A stretch of DNA of 64,000 nucleotides from Octopus vulgaris (Eukaryota), in contig OX597822.1 of NCBI GenBank assembly GCA_951406725.2, forward strand, positions 42,594,001-42,658,000, in the 5' to 3' direction. A program made the position numbers and the translations under genes. Every line of letters begins with the position of its first letter. Position 1 is the first letter of the stretch. Positions 38,874-51,340 of this stretch are shown one piece after another. The notes below the pieces were generated by a model. The model was not told the DNA's origin, did no database searches, and saw only the letters and a list, made by a program, of their open reading frames with translations.

Positions 38874-39722
38874 CAAAATGAGCTACAAAATAAAAAAACA
38901 AAACCAAAAATTAAATCAATAACAACAAAAAGTTTAAAAATTAAATTTTAAATCATTGCAGAAAATAAAAATAAAAAAAAATAACCAGAATTAAAATAAA
39001 ATAAAACAAAATAAAAACAGCAAGCAGAAGAGAAAAAATAAAGAACACACAACTGTAACATGATCTCCCACTGAAGCCACAGCAATATCAAAGTGTTTTA
39101 TGAGATAAGCACAGTGGAAGGCACAAGCCCACAGCAAGATAGAAGCAGTAATAGATTCGATGCAGAGGAAAGATATAGATGACTAAATTGACCCCTACCT
39201 TCCCCTTCAGTGCATAAATAATATCTTTTTTTATCAACAGCAGATGAATAAAGGACAAAGGTGACCTCAGTCGAATTTGAACTCAGAAATGCAGTAGCAT
39301 GCTATTTTTTTTTTTAATTACTCAATGAAAGGAAGAAAGGTCAGAGCCTGGAACCTTCTCTATGGCATCAGAGATTGGTGCAAGGACGCTGTACTTTGAG
39401 AACCTGGTCTGAAAGTTTGCAACATAGAGGTCTCTGTTAAAGGCACAGAAAGGGGCAGGAGATGGTCATCGCGGGATTAATTTATTTGATCACACAGAAA
39501 ACAAGAACAATAGTCTTCCACACAGGTTCTTTTGAAAGAATTTTGCTCACATGACATTGATCAATCTTAGAGTTATTACAGATGATACCCAGCTAAGATG
39601 CTGCCACATGGTGAGATTGAACTCGAGACCATGCATTGTGAAGTGAACTCCTCCTCCAGTACTCTACCAATTCTGCTGCCCCACAGCCCGCAATAGCAAT
39701 AAGAAAACAGAACAAAGTCATA

Positions 39723-40292
39723 TATTGGGTTGTCCGGAAAGTTCAAGCCGATTTTTAAAGGAAAGAAAAAGGTCAATAAATACTTGCCATTACATTTTTA
39801 ATCAACCAAATATGAACCATTTTGTTGCACAATGCATCTCCATCTTTCCTTTAACTTGAAAACACCCTCTTCCCAGAATTGAGGTGGTTTCATGGCAAAG
39901 AATTCATCAAGGTATCTTTTTACGTCATCCAAGGAATTGAAATTTTTACCATTAAGACTATTCTGCAGAGACCTGAATAAGTGGAAATCTGAAGGAGCAA
40001 TATCTGGTGAATATGGAGGGTGGGATAACATATCCCAGCTGAGCTGCAGCAATTTTTGTCAGGTTCCCAAAGCATCAAGTGCTGAAAATGAACTTTCTTA
40101 TCTTCCATTTTAAAGGGTTACATAATTAACACAGGTTATAGCAACATAAACCTTCTTCCACGAAAAGATAGCTTAAACTGTACTCTAAATGGAGGTGTAG
40201 TCAAATCCTATTTTATGGGCTCAACCATGTTCTAAAATAAGTCGAAAGGTAAGCTACTATAAATCGGCATGAACTTTCCGGATAACCCAATA
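39723..40292 (-). mobile_element. Internally deleted mariner element
   Basis: TIRs TATTGGGTTGTCCGGAAAGTTCA / TGAACTTTCCGGATAACCCAATA. The ORF remnant HPPYSPDIAPSDFHLFRSLQ is the mariner YSPDL(A)PSD motif. Confidence 0.92.
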
Positions 40293-42098
40293 TTTCGAGG
40301 AAGACAATTTCTAACGGACACAAAACAACAAATTTGTGAGGAGTCACAAGTCATATAAATCTGTACCCTTAACCCTTTTGTTACAATATTTCTGTTGAAA
40401 TACACTGCTTCCGTTTCAACAAATTTTGAAAATAACAAAGAATTTATTAAGGTAACTTTGTCATTATCAAGCTGGTGTTTGGAAAATAAGAGAACATAAA
40501 ATTAAGATGGAATGTTTTAATTTAGACCACTTTAAAACAGGGAATCTGCATCATAGAACTATGGGTGGTTTCAGCGGAATTGGTATCAAAATGGTTAATT
40601 CTTGATATCAAAATGGTTAATTCTGCTGGCCGAGGACAGCTGACAATTTCCATCCCATCATAAATAAGCTGTGAGTTTTCATCACATAATAATGATGATA
40701 ATAATCCTTTCTACTATAGGCACAAGGCTTGACATTTTTGGGGAGGGGACCAGTCGATTACATTGACCCCAGTGCATAACTGGTACTTAATTTATCGACC
40801 TCGGCGGCATTTGAACTCATAACGTGATGACAGATGAAATACCGCTAAGCATTTTGCCCGGCATGCTAATGTTTCTGCCAGTTCACCATCTTGATAACGA
40901 TAATAATAATAATTGATTTCAAATTTTGGCACAAAGCCAGCAATTTTGGGGGAGGAAATGAGTTGATGTCATTATCCCCAGCACCCAACTAGTACTTATT
41001 TCATCAACCCCAAAAGGAAGGAAGGCAAAGCTGATCTCAGCAGAATTTGAACTCAAAACGTAAAGATAGATGAAATGCCACTAAACACTTTGCCTGGCAT
41101 GGTAACGCTTCTGCCAGTTCACCACCTTAATAATTTTTTCACTTAGGCACAAGGAAGGCAATTTTGAGGGAGGAGGAGGTGCTAGTTGATTATATCAAAC
41201 CCTGATACTCAAGTACTTTATTTTATTTATCCTGGGAGGATGAAAGGCAAAGTTGACCTCAACAGGGTTTGAACTCAGAACATAAAGAGTTTGACAATCC
41301 TCCACTTATGTTAACAATATTAAAGAAAAAAAATTTTTTTCCAACAGTGTAGTTATGAAAAGTTAAATGAGATTTGAACCTGCTTTGCCACACCACCTTC
41401 ACCATTATACATCCCTTTCTAAATCTTAATCATAACTTTAATAGCAAGCCAACCAACACCATCCAGTTCTTTCCAGAGTCCAATAGGTTCTTCTTCATCA
41501 CCCACAACAGAGATTGACACTGTCCCCCAATGATACTAGACCCTCACTGTCTAAAGATACTTGCACTGCTCACACATACACAGGGTAATATATGAAGTGT
41601 GAAGTTAAGAAGGACGTCAAGAACATCATAGACACTGGCAGTATATGGCATAGCAGTTACTGAGATTGCAAGAGTGACAAGAACTGGTTGAGAGGTCAAG
41701 GGTCAGAATAGAAAATACTCGTAAACAAAGATTAATACAACTATCTACTACTACTACACACACACACACACATGCATGTGTATACTTTCAAAAACAAGCA
41801 CACAGTCTTGTGTGTGTGTGTACTTACACATACATGCACACAGCCATACACAGATCCACAGCTACATATACTACACAGTTTAATCACATGCACAACAATA
41901 CAATTTGTACGCTACAACATACACTACTATTCAATATACAGACACTAGCACAGTTTACATGCATGCATACACACACACACATATATATATACATACATAC
42001 ATACATACATATATATATAGTGAAGTTTCTTTGTTTATTGTATAGGCACTACACATAAGTGCTCAGATAAAAGACCTGAGACGCCAAGGTATAAAAAA

Positions 42099-42699
42099 AA
42101 TGTTAAGGAGAATTTCAGACAGGTTCAACCGTTTATTTATGCATCTATTCTGCCATAGATCAATGCATATCAGTCTTTAAAATACATCAATGTATCAGTT
42201 GTTAAAATATTAAAAATTCATGAATACACAAATACATAAAAATCTAATATACATATATAAGTAGATGAGTGTCAATAGGTTAGAACGGTGTTGTAAAAAT
42301 TATTAAGAATAAAAGTATGCTCTTACAAAAAGGTGAATAAAATAAAGTCTTCCAAAGAGCGAATAAAAAAACATTATGGTGTTGAGGTTGGAATACTTCA
42401 AAAACAAATGTAAATAATCTGAGAGAATAAATAATGTTGGTAAGGTAAAATGATGGTAATCCTCTTACAGCTGTTTCAGGGGTACAGTAATCCATAGATT
42501 TTAAGGGTTGTTTTCATTCTGAAAATTTGATACTGCCTCCATCAGAGAGTATCTTATTTAGGATTTCACATTTTGTGCTATGCTTTAATATTTTAACAAC
42601 TGATACATTGATATATTTTAAAGACTGTTATGCATTGATCTATGGCAGAATATATGTATAAATAAATTGTTGAACCTATCTGAAATTCTCCTTAACATT
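42099..42699. mobile_element. Fold-back element (115-bp arms) with a hammerhead motif at 42462-42549 (-)
   Basis: Arms 42099-42214 / 42584-42699. Spacer on minus: ctct-CTGATGG-agg...cct-GAAAC-agct-GTA-agag. Confidence 0.75.
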
Positions 42700-44916
42700 G
42701 ATATATATATATATACATATATATATATAGGGAGAGTTTACAAAAAAACCAAAAGACAAAGATAGGTGGTGTACAAAACAAACAGATGTATTAGTACAAC
42801 TCTCAGGAATGGAAAAAGTCTTTTACGTTTCGAGCCTACGCACTTCTACAGAAAGGGACACATATACGTGCATGTATGTTTTACACATATAAATATTTAT
42901 AAATCACTAGTGTTGAAAGACCAAGGAAACATGGAGAGATATGGTGAAAACTTATCAGCATGCTGAACATCATCAACAAGGTGACAAAGGACTGCAACAA
43001 ATGGTGGAACTGCTGTGTTAGAGGAAGGAATCCATCTAACCCATGCAAGTGTGGTAAAAATGGACATAAAAATGATGATGATGCAAATGCATAAGTATCT
43101 GAGAGAAAGACTTCCGTAGGTTAGGATTAAAATTAAAATCCCAGAATAATATAAATTCAAGTAGTGAAACTGTGTGGTGGTGGTGATAGTTGAGTAGACC
43201 AAGATCAGTCCTGATCCAGCAGAGACCATTCAGTTGTTTACTTAGATGCAGTCTATCTAGGACTATGCTATCTAATGTGTTGCGTCTTTGTTTCAGACAG
43301 GTGGGGGTAGCATCGGCCACGTTTGGATAGTGCTTTTTATGTGCCACTAGCATGGGGAGTCAGTTAGGTGACCCTGGCAGTGACCCACACATAAATGAAT
43401 GAATGGTGCTTATCGTGTATCACCGGCACTGGTAATGGCCACAACTACAATTTCCATTTGATTTTGATTTACATGACTCAATAGTCTCCTTAAAAAAAAA
43501 AAAAAACTGATGGTTCATTAATGCCTCCTTGTATTAGAAATGATGTTACATGTTACTTTGGATTACAAAGCTTCCCTTAAAGATTTCGTACAACCAGTTT
43601 AGTATGTTTGACCATAACGGATTTCATCAGCATTGCTTCAACGTCTACTTTCTCATCTTTGCATGGATTTGGATTCATTGAGGTAGATTTCTACAGCTGA
43701 ATGCTTTTCCTGTTGCCAACCCATACTAGTTTCCAAGCAAGGTAAAATTTTCGCCCAGTCCAGACATGTTTTAGCAGAAGATAGCTAACAAAGGACAGCC
43801 ACTTACATGACTGCTATTTGTTTATAACAAAAATATCATGTGATGTCAAGATAAAAGAAACAGAAACAATACGCAACACATTAGTTTCTTTTAAGATTCC
43901 ACCTCTCAAATGTACCAATAAGGCTTTGGTCAACCTGAAAGGCAGCAAGCTGGCAGAAACGTTAGTATGCCGGGCAAAATGCTTAGCAGTATTTTGTCTG
44001 TCTTTACATTCTGAGTTCAAATTCTGCCAAGGTGAACTTTGCCTTTCATCCTTTCGGGGTCAATAAATTAAGTACCAGTTGCATACTGGGATTGATCTAA
44101 TTGACTGGCCCCCTCCCATAAAATTTCAGGCTTTGTGCTTAGAGTAGAAAAGAAAACCTGGGGCAAGAGTAAAAGACATTTTCTTAAGGTAGTGTGCAGT
44201 GAGATAGAACCTGAAACCACCTGGTTGTGAAGAAAACCTCTTAGCCAAAGGTCCATGCATACAGACTACTGTATTTGAATTTGGCACTGGCATGACATTC
44301 TACATGTAGTCAAGGTACTTAACTCTCAAGAGCCCAGTTCAATTAGCAGTAAGTAGTATTATGTAGAACACTTTATTACAGTATTGTGTTCATAGCTAGG
44401 GGAAGAATGGTAGAGGCAGTCTGCCCCATGTGGCACTGTTGAGTCTGCTGTAGGCAATAAGTATTTTTTATGGGATTCAGGGGCGGCAAACGGAAGGGCC
44501 ATCCCAGGTGGCACACACTCTAGATATGTTAGTGTACTTAACTGTCAGCAGTACAATCCACCTGTAGGGGCAACAGTGTAGTAGAACTCATTGCACCGAG
44601 AAATTTGATTACAAATATACAAAGCAAAGAGAGAAAACACAGACACAGAGCAATGTTTACACACAAGCACACACCGTAATGTGACTACATATACACAGTA
44701 ATGCAAACTTGTGTGAACACAGACATACACACATCCATCCATTTAATATGCAGAGAGTCATACTGGTATGAGCACTACACTGGCACACACACAAAATCTG
44801 TACTTCCATTATGTTCAGTATACATCATCTCTTCATAGATATATACACAAGAGAGATACACCAACAGGCACTTATGAGAGAGAGAAAAACAGATATAAGA
44901 TAACAGCAAAGGAGAA

Positions 44917-44963
<47 letters not shown>

Positions 44964-45639
44964 AAAGCTAAAATAAAATAAAATTTGAATACTGAACTGT
45001 ATGTCTTTATATGTAAGCATGTGTATGTGCTTGTGCATGCAACTGTGTATGTGTATATCAGCATCATTTCACATCAGCTTTCCATGCTGGCATGGGTTGG
45101 ACAGGTCATCATGTATTCAGTGGTACTGCTCACCCAGGTGGGTTGAGAACATCATCTTACTTGCATTTTCAATGGTTTCTATGACTGGATGTCCTTTCTA
45201 ATACCAACTACTTCATAGAGTGCACCAGTGCTTTTTTTTTTCCATATTATCAACACTAGAGAAGTAAAATGTCTTTGACAAAGCTAGATGCCCTTCACAA
45301 CTGCACAAAGGGGCCAAGTAGTAGAGTTTGTTCAGAAATCATGAGACCCTGGTTTCATTTGCTCTGCATGGAAAATTTGGAAAGTATTTTCTCCTATAAT
45401 TGCAGGTTGACCAAAACCTTAAAAGTGTCCATTTGATGAACTTGTCATCCAAAAGGCCAGTTTTGACACCTATCAAGTCACATGGATTCTACCTGAAGAT
45501 TATGTGATTGCATTAAGAGTACAAGTGTCTATGGAATACTCAACCACTAACACTATAGTGAACAGATAATTCCACTGATTGAATGACTGGCACACTTATT
45601 TGTTGTAATGCACCCCCACCATTAAATGCTGTAATAACT

Positions 45640-46375
45640 CATAAGGTGCATTTCTCCTGCAGTTGTCGAACCAGGAATATAGCATCAGTGGTGCTTCTAC
45701 GTGGCACAAAACTGAAAGCAGATTCTCTCCCTAATGAGATAGACTATGACACTTTCCGTGACCTTCATCAACTGGATCCAGCAGTGTGATACCCCTGTAG
45801 TTAATTCTATCTAAAGCATCACCATTACCCTTGTAGCAGTTGACTATGATGCTGCTATGCCAGTCATTGGGTATGAATCCATCATGAACTACCTGGTTTA
45901 CAATTCGGGTGACTAGGCCATAGCCCACAACACCAGATATTTTAAGCATCTCAGCAGTGATTCCTGATGGGCCAGAGGTTTTTCCTAGCTTCAAACCCTT
46001 AATTGCTTTATCTACCAGGAAGCTGTCTATTTTGATAGCTAGTCCTTCTACTAGGTCAACATTTGGCAGGCTCTCCTCCCATTCATTCTCCATGTTCAGC
46101 AGTCTTTCATAATGGCTTCTCCAAGCCTCTTTCTTTCCAAAATCATTAAAAGCAAGTAATCCATTATCCATGTGGACACATTTCTCTCTGGTGACATCAC
46201 AATTTTCTCTCACACACTGTCTTGCAATGCGAAATACTTCAGTTCTTTGGTCCTCACGTCGCTGACACTGGCAAACTTCTTTTCTGCTTCACCCTTGGCT
46301 ATGTATACCTGCCACCCAGCCTCCCTTTTGGCTACCTGGTACAGTTCCCTGCTACCCCCACCCTTCCAAGGTTGA
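45640..46375 (-). mobile_element. RTE-clade LINE ORF2 (reverse transcriptase N-terminal part) fragment
   Basis: WRSHYERLLN, GKTSGPSGITAEMLK, IPNDWHSSIIVNCYKGNGD..NYRGITLL are canonical non-LTR RT motifs; frameshifted. Confidence 0.9.
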
Positions 46376-46718
46376 GAAACACTGCTATAGAGGCTCAGAA
46401 ACTAACAATGCTTACCTCCCCTCAAATCACATGAAGGTCACAAGTATTTTGATAGCCACTTGATCACCAGTGGACAGCCTGCTTCAACATTGTATGACAG
46501 TCCAGTATCACATTGACATTATATTTAGAACTGATGTAACCTCCAGTTGTGGAGAGTGATTAACTATCATAAATGATACATGGTTAAGGTTTGTATAACA
46601 CATGGATATTTGAATTTACAAACAGGCTAAAAGTACTCAATACCAAAGTCGTGTTGTATTTTAATGTTGATCTTTACTAACAGTGGTAACTGAGTAATAA
46701 GTCATTTCATCACATCAC

Positions 46719-46749
<31 letters not shown>

Positions 46750-49697
46750 AAATATGGTATGCATATGTGTGACATTTAGAAACAAGATAATGTGCTGGAA
46801 AAAAATTAAGAAGATAACTGTGATATATTGATCAACTTAGGCTAACAACAATAGCAACCACAACAACAGCAACAATCACAATCACAACAGCAATACACTT
46901 GCATTGGACAGCCAACATGCATCATCTATGATATTTATACGGCACTCTGTTTCACAAACACACACGCCTACATGTGCGTCTGTGTGACTATAGAAGGTAT
47001 TTTTTGATGGAGTGTTGGAGTGATAGTAAGAGGTTAATAATTAAACTATGATACATGATATGTAGAAGGCAATGTGTGTGTGGGTTGAAAGAGAGAGTGG
47101 GGAAAGGGAGAGAGGTTTCGGGAGAGAGAGTGATGAGAGAGAGAGAAAGATGGAAAGTTGAGTGAGGCAGGTCCAGTGAAAGGTGCTGTATTTAATAGGG
47201 TAGTGTTGTACAGCTCTGTCACCAAAACCTAGCAAGATGTGTCAGGGCAAGACGAAGGTTTGGGGCAAGATGAAGGTTTGTGTCAAAACAGGCATTTCTC
47301 TATCAAAACCCTTTCTCCTCACCAATCACAGATAGTGAGCCTTCCACTATCATCTCTAGACTCAAGATCAGGAGTAAATGGAAGTTAACCAGACCACAAA
47401 GGAAAATCAGAAAATAAACAAATATCACCTAGGGGTCTCTAATAAAATTTTGCTTCGTCCACCCATTGAATATTTGCATATGAATAGTTGAAATACATAT
47501 CTACACAACTGGCCAGTTACCGTTTCCTATTATGAACTTTCAGATTATAACCTTACTGCATACTTTCAACATAATCTGCTTCATTTAATAGCCAAATACA
47601 CCACATCAAAATCTTTCCTGTCTTTAAACCAGGGACCAAATATGAGCCTTTCTACACTAATCAAACCTGCCCAATGTGACAACTAAATTTCCCATCAACA
47701 AACTATAAAAACTTTGAGCCACACAAGTAACCAGTGAGTGAACCTCTAAACGGCTGTTTCATTTACTCAACATACTAACCAAATACTTCCTGACCATTTC
47801 TCTATATATTTTCCTTCTCTTGTTCTTTCCTGTCTCACAAGTTACTTGACAACCTCACTAGTGCTAGTGGCATGGGGGGGAAAAAAGCACCCAATACACA
47901 CTGTAAAATGGTTAGCATTAGGAAAGGCATCCAGCAGTAGAAATCATGCCAAAGCTGACACTGGAGCTCAATGCAACCCTGTGGCTTGTATCCTGTCAAA
48001 CTGTCCAATCCATTCCAGTCTGGAAAGCAGACATTAAATGATGATGATAAATGTTACTGCTATGTCACCAAAATCTGGATCATTACTGCCATATCATCAA
48101 AGACTAGGCCTGAAGCTTCACCTGTACAGCCTTCCTGGCAATAATGTATTGACTCTCACTACCAACCAAATCTCAGAATTCTTTAGAAAGTGTGAGCCCA
48201 GGAGTAGGACTGATGCCTTCATCTAGATGCCTGGTTTCATTTACTCTTTCCTCTTTTACTCCTACTGGTTCAGCAGAATTGAATCTTGGCTAATTTTACC
48301 TTTAGGGTCCTTGAAGTACTTCAGCCACATGGTGGGCCAGTGCTAAATGAAATATGGATGATGCCCGGTGCCATGAGATCCACACTATCATATCAGAAAC
48401 ACAAACAGTGGGTTGAAATGGACAACCAATGCAACACCCACCACCACAAAACTAAAAGCAAGAACATCTTTGGCAAGTTGGTTGGTTGGTTAGCTGTTTA
48501 GCCCCAGGCTCACCCTGACCTGGTAGAACCATAACCAAGGTGTTCCAGCCAGACCATTCACTTTTGTTTTGTCCCCACCCCATTAATGTATCTAGGAGAA
48601 CATTATGTAAAGTGTCCTTCATGGTAAGTTGTGATTTGAGGAAGACAGCTGTTGTTTCTACTGAACCCACAGATGCTCTCTCTCGTCTCTGGTGTCTATA
48701 TTTTATGTAAACACACATTCTCTCTACTCCCACCCCACCACCTCCAAATCAACATGGCAGCTATTGTGTTTCTTCCTGGTGGATATAAACTACCATTCGA
48801 TTCATGTTATTTACAATGTGTCCCTGTCCACTGACTGTGGCATACTATAAATAATAGTAGGTGGTTGGGTGACCCCTTGGGTCGTGTGTAGGCCTTTATG
48901 TTTTGTATAGCACGTGTAATCTTTTGTTTCAGTCACTGGACTGTGGCCATGCTGGGGCACCACTTTCACGAATTTAGTTACACAAATTGACCCCAGTACT
49001 TATCTTCTGAAGTGTGGTAAATATTCTATCAGTCTCTTTTGCCTAACTGCTAAGCCTTGTGAATGGATTTCGTATACATGAGCTAAAAAAAGCCCACTAT
49101 GTGTACGTGTGTGCATGTATGTGTGTAACCTTGTCTAGATGTTATGTGATTGTTGTGAATGATGATGATGATGATCATCATCATCATCATACAACCAAGA
49201 TTATTCATTTCCACTCTTCTGTGAAAAACATGTCAGGCCATGGGATCTATTACTTTGCTGGGAAACAGGTGAGAGTGGGTAACAGGAAGGACATTCTTTC
49301 CAATGTGCTAGCATGCCGCTAACTATAATAATAATAATATACAGATATGTAAAATATTTACATATGCTGAATAGCATATGGGTTTGGGAGTAAAATATTT
49401 TCATATCTGTATATTTCAATACATCTCAATGCTTCTAAAAGAGCAAACTTTGTTTACATACATTGTAATAATAATAATAGTTTCAAATTCTGGCACAATG
49501 CCAATAATTTCGGAGTGGGAGGGAAGGGGTTCGTTGATTATATCAACCTCAGTGCTCAACTGGTACTTATTTCATTGACCCTGAAAGAACGAAAGGCAAA
49601 GTTGACCTTAGTGGAGTTTGAACCCAGAATGTAAAACCAGAAGAAATACCACTCAGCATTTTGTCCAGCAAACTAACAATTCTGCCAGCTCACCACC

Positions 49698-49729
<32 letters not shown>

Positions 49730-50971
49730 AATAATAATAATAATAATAATAATGATGGTTTCTGATTTAGGCACAAGACCAGTGATTTTAAGTGGAAAGT
49801 ATTAGCCAACACCACTGAATCCCCAGTACTTGACTAATACTTATTTTATGAACCTTACAGGGATGAAAGACAAAGTTGCCTTCAGCAGGATTTGAACTCA
49901 GAGCCAGAACAAATGCTGGAAGATATTTTATCTAATGCTCTACTGATTCAGCCAGGCACAAAATTTAAGAGAAAGACTATAGTCAATTATAATAAACCAC
50001 ATTTCTTAAAAATTGTGATAGAGGTCTTGGTCTCGGGACCACTCATATCTAGAAACTGAGGTTGGAGGTAAGCAAGGGAATGCTCCCTGTAGAAAATCCA
50101 GTTCCAAAAAAGGCCTCACGATAGCAAAGGAGAATGGACACCAGCTAGCCCAAAAGTTGGGGTGGGCTACACCTGCCTACCTTGGTTGCTATGGCATTCA
50201 TGTAGATCCAGCCACCCCAGTTAATGAGGACAAAACCTGATTTAAAACTGGATGATGATACCAGTAATTCACTTGTACTTATTAACTATGGAAGGAAGTA
50301 AGACAAAAATCAATCCCAAACAGATGTCAAGTCAAAATACCTAAAATAAATTCTGCAAAGAATTTGTCTGTCACTCCACCAATTCCATTTGATTTCAAAA
50401 ATATGATTCATATATGCAGACACCAAAGATAAGTAAAATGCCAAATATTTTCTCTCTCATTAGCAAATGATCTAAGAGGCACCACCTCACCAACTGACAA
50501 CCCTGTCTACACTATATTTTACACATCATCTTATGGGCCTCTTATCTCCTCACCACATGCGAGACACAGTGTTTTGTGGTCAATATACAGACAGAACCCC
50601 AGTATTCCTGTTTTGATGCACAAAAAGAAAAAAAAAAAGGAGAAAAATATTTTTCTTAAGTACAATTATTACAGAAAACTAATTAACTGTCAGGAACAAA
50701 TAATAATAATAATAACAATAATAATAATATTGTAATAATGTTGAGGAAGAAATACACAAGAACAATGGTGAAGTTACAATCAAGACGATTACAACAATTA
50801 TAACTACTACTACTACTACCACCATGACCACCACTACTGTTGCTGCTACTACTACTACTACAATTATTACTACTGATGTTATTGTTGAAGGGAAATGCTG
50901 CTGAGTAGGGATTATGATACAGATAGGAGATGAGACATGAAGAGACAGAGAAGAGACAGAGAAGAGAGATA

Positions 50972-51003
<32 letters not shown>

Positions 51004-51146
51004 GTGAGAGTGGTGGGGTTGTCTCTTCTTCATGAATTGGGATGTGTATCTTTCAAATGCGATACATTAGTCACTGGTGCAAAATTATATATCATCATCA
51101 TCATTTTCCATGCTTAAACGGACCAGACAGAATTTGCCTCTTGTAC

Positions 51147-51340
51147 TTACACTTTATATCTATCATGGCATCTGATGTGGCTTTTTAAACCAGACAATGT
51201 TTTGAAAAGACACCCACATAGATTGCATATCTGATTTGGATCACCAAGAGTTGCAGTTAAGTTCTGATTCTTGTGGATCTTAAAATGTCTTTTGTGGCCT
51301 CCATTAGATTTTGCAGACCTTATGGCATACACAGCATATA
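51147..51340 (-). mobile_element. Frameshifted pair of C2H2 zinc fingers, probably a LINE ORF2 C-terminus
   Basis: CCVCHKVCK(fs)SNGGHKRHFKIH and CNLCGCLFKTLSGLKSHIRCH followed by a stop; no TGEKP linker. Confidence 0.5.

Noticed and set aside
39062-39125. Possible intronic miRNA hairpin (TTCCACTG...CAGTGGGA on minus)
   Set aside because: Only ~8 contiguous pairs at the base, a poorly paired upper stem and no seed I recognise.
19420-43680. Other isolated CTGATGA matches (e.g. ~19425, ~24897, ~28280, ~34382, ~34847, ~43624)
   Set aside because: No stem II followed by GAAA, an NUH triplet and a closing stem I; not counted as hammerheads.
46411-46540. Strong donor GAG|gtaagc on minus
   Set aside because: No convincing upstream acceptor or ankyrin-like frame; adjacent to a LINE fragment.
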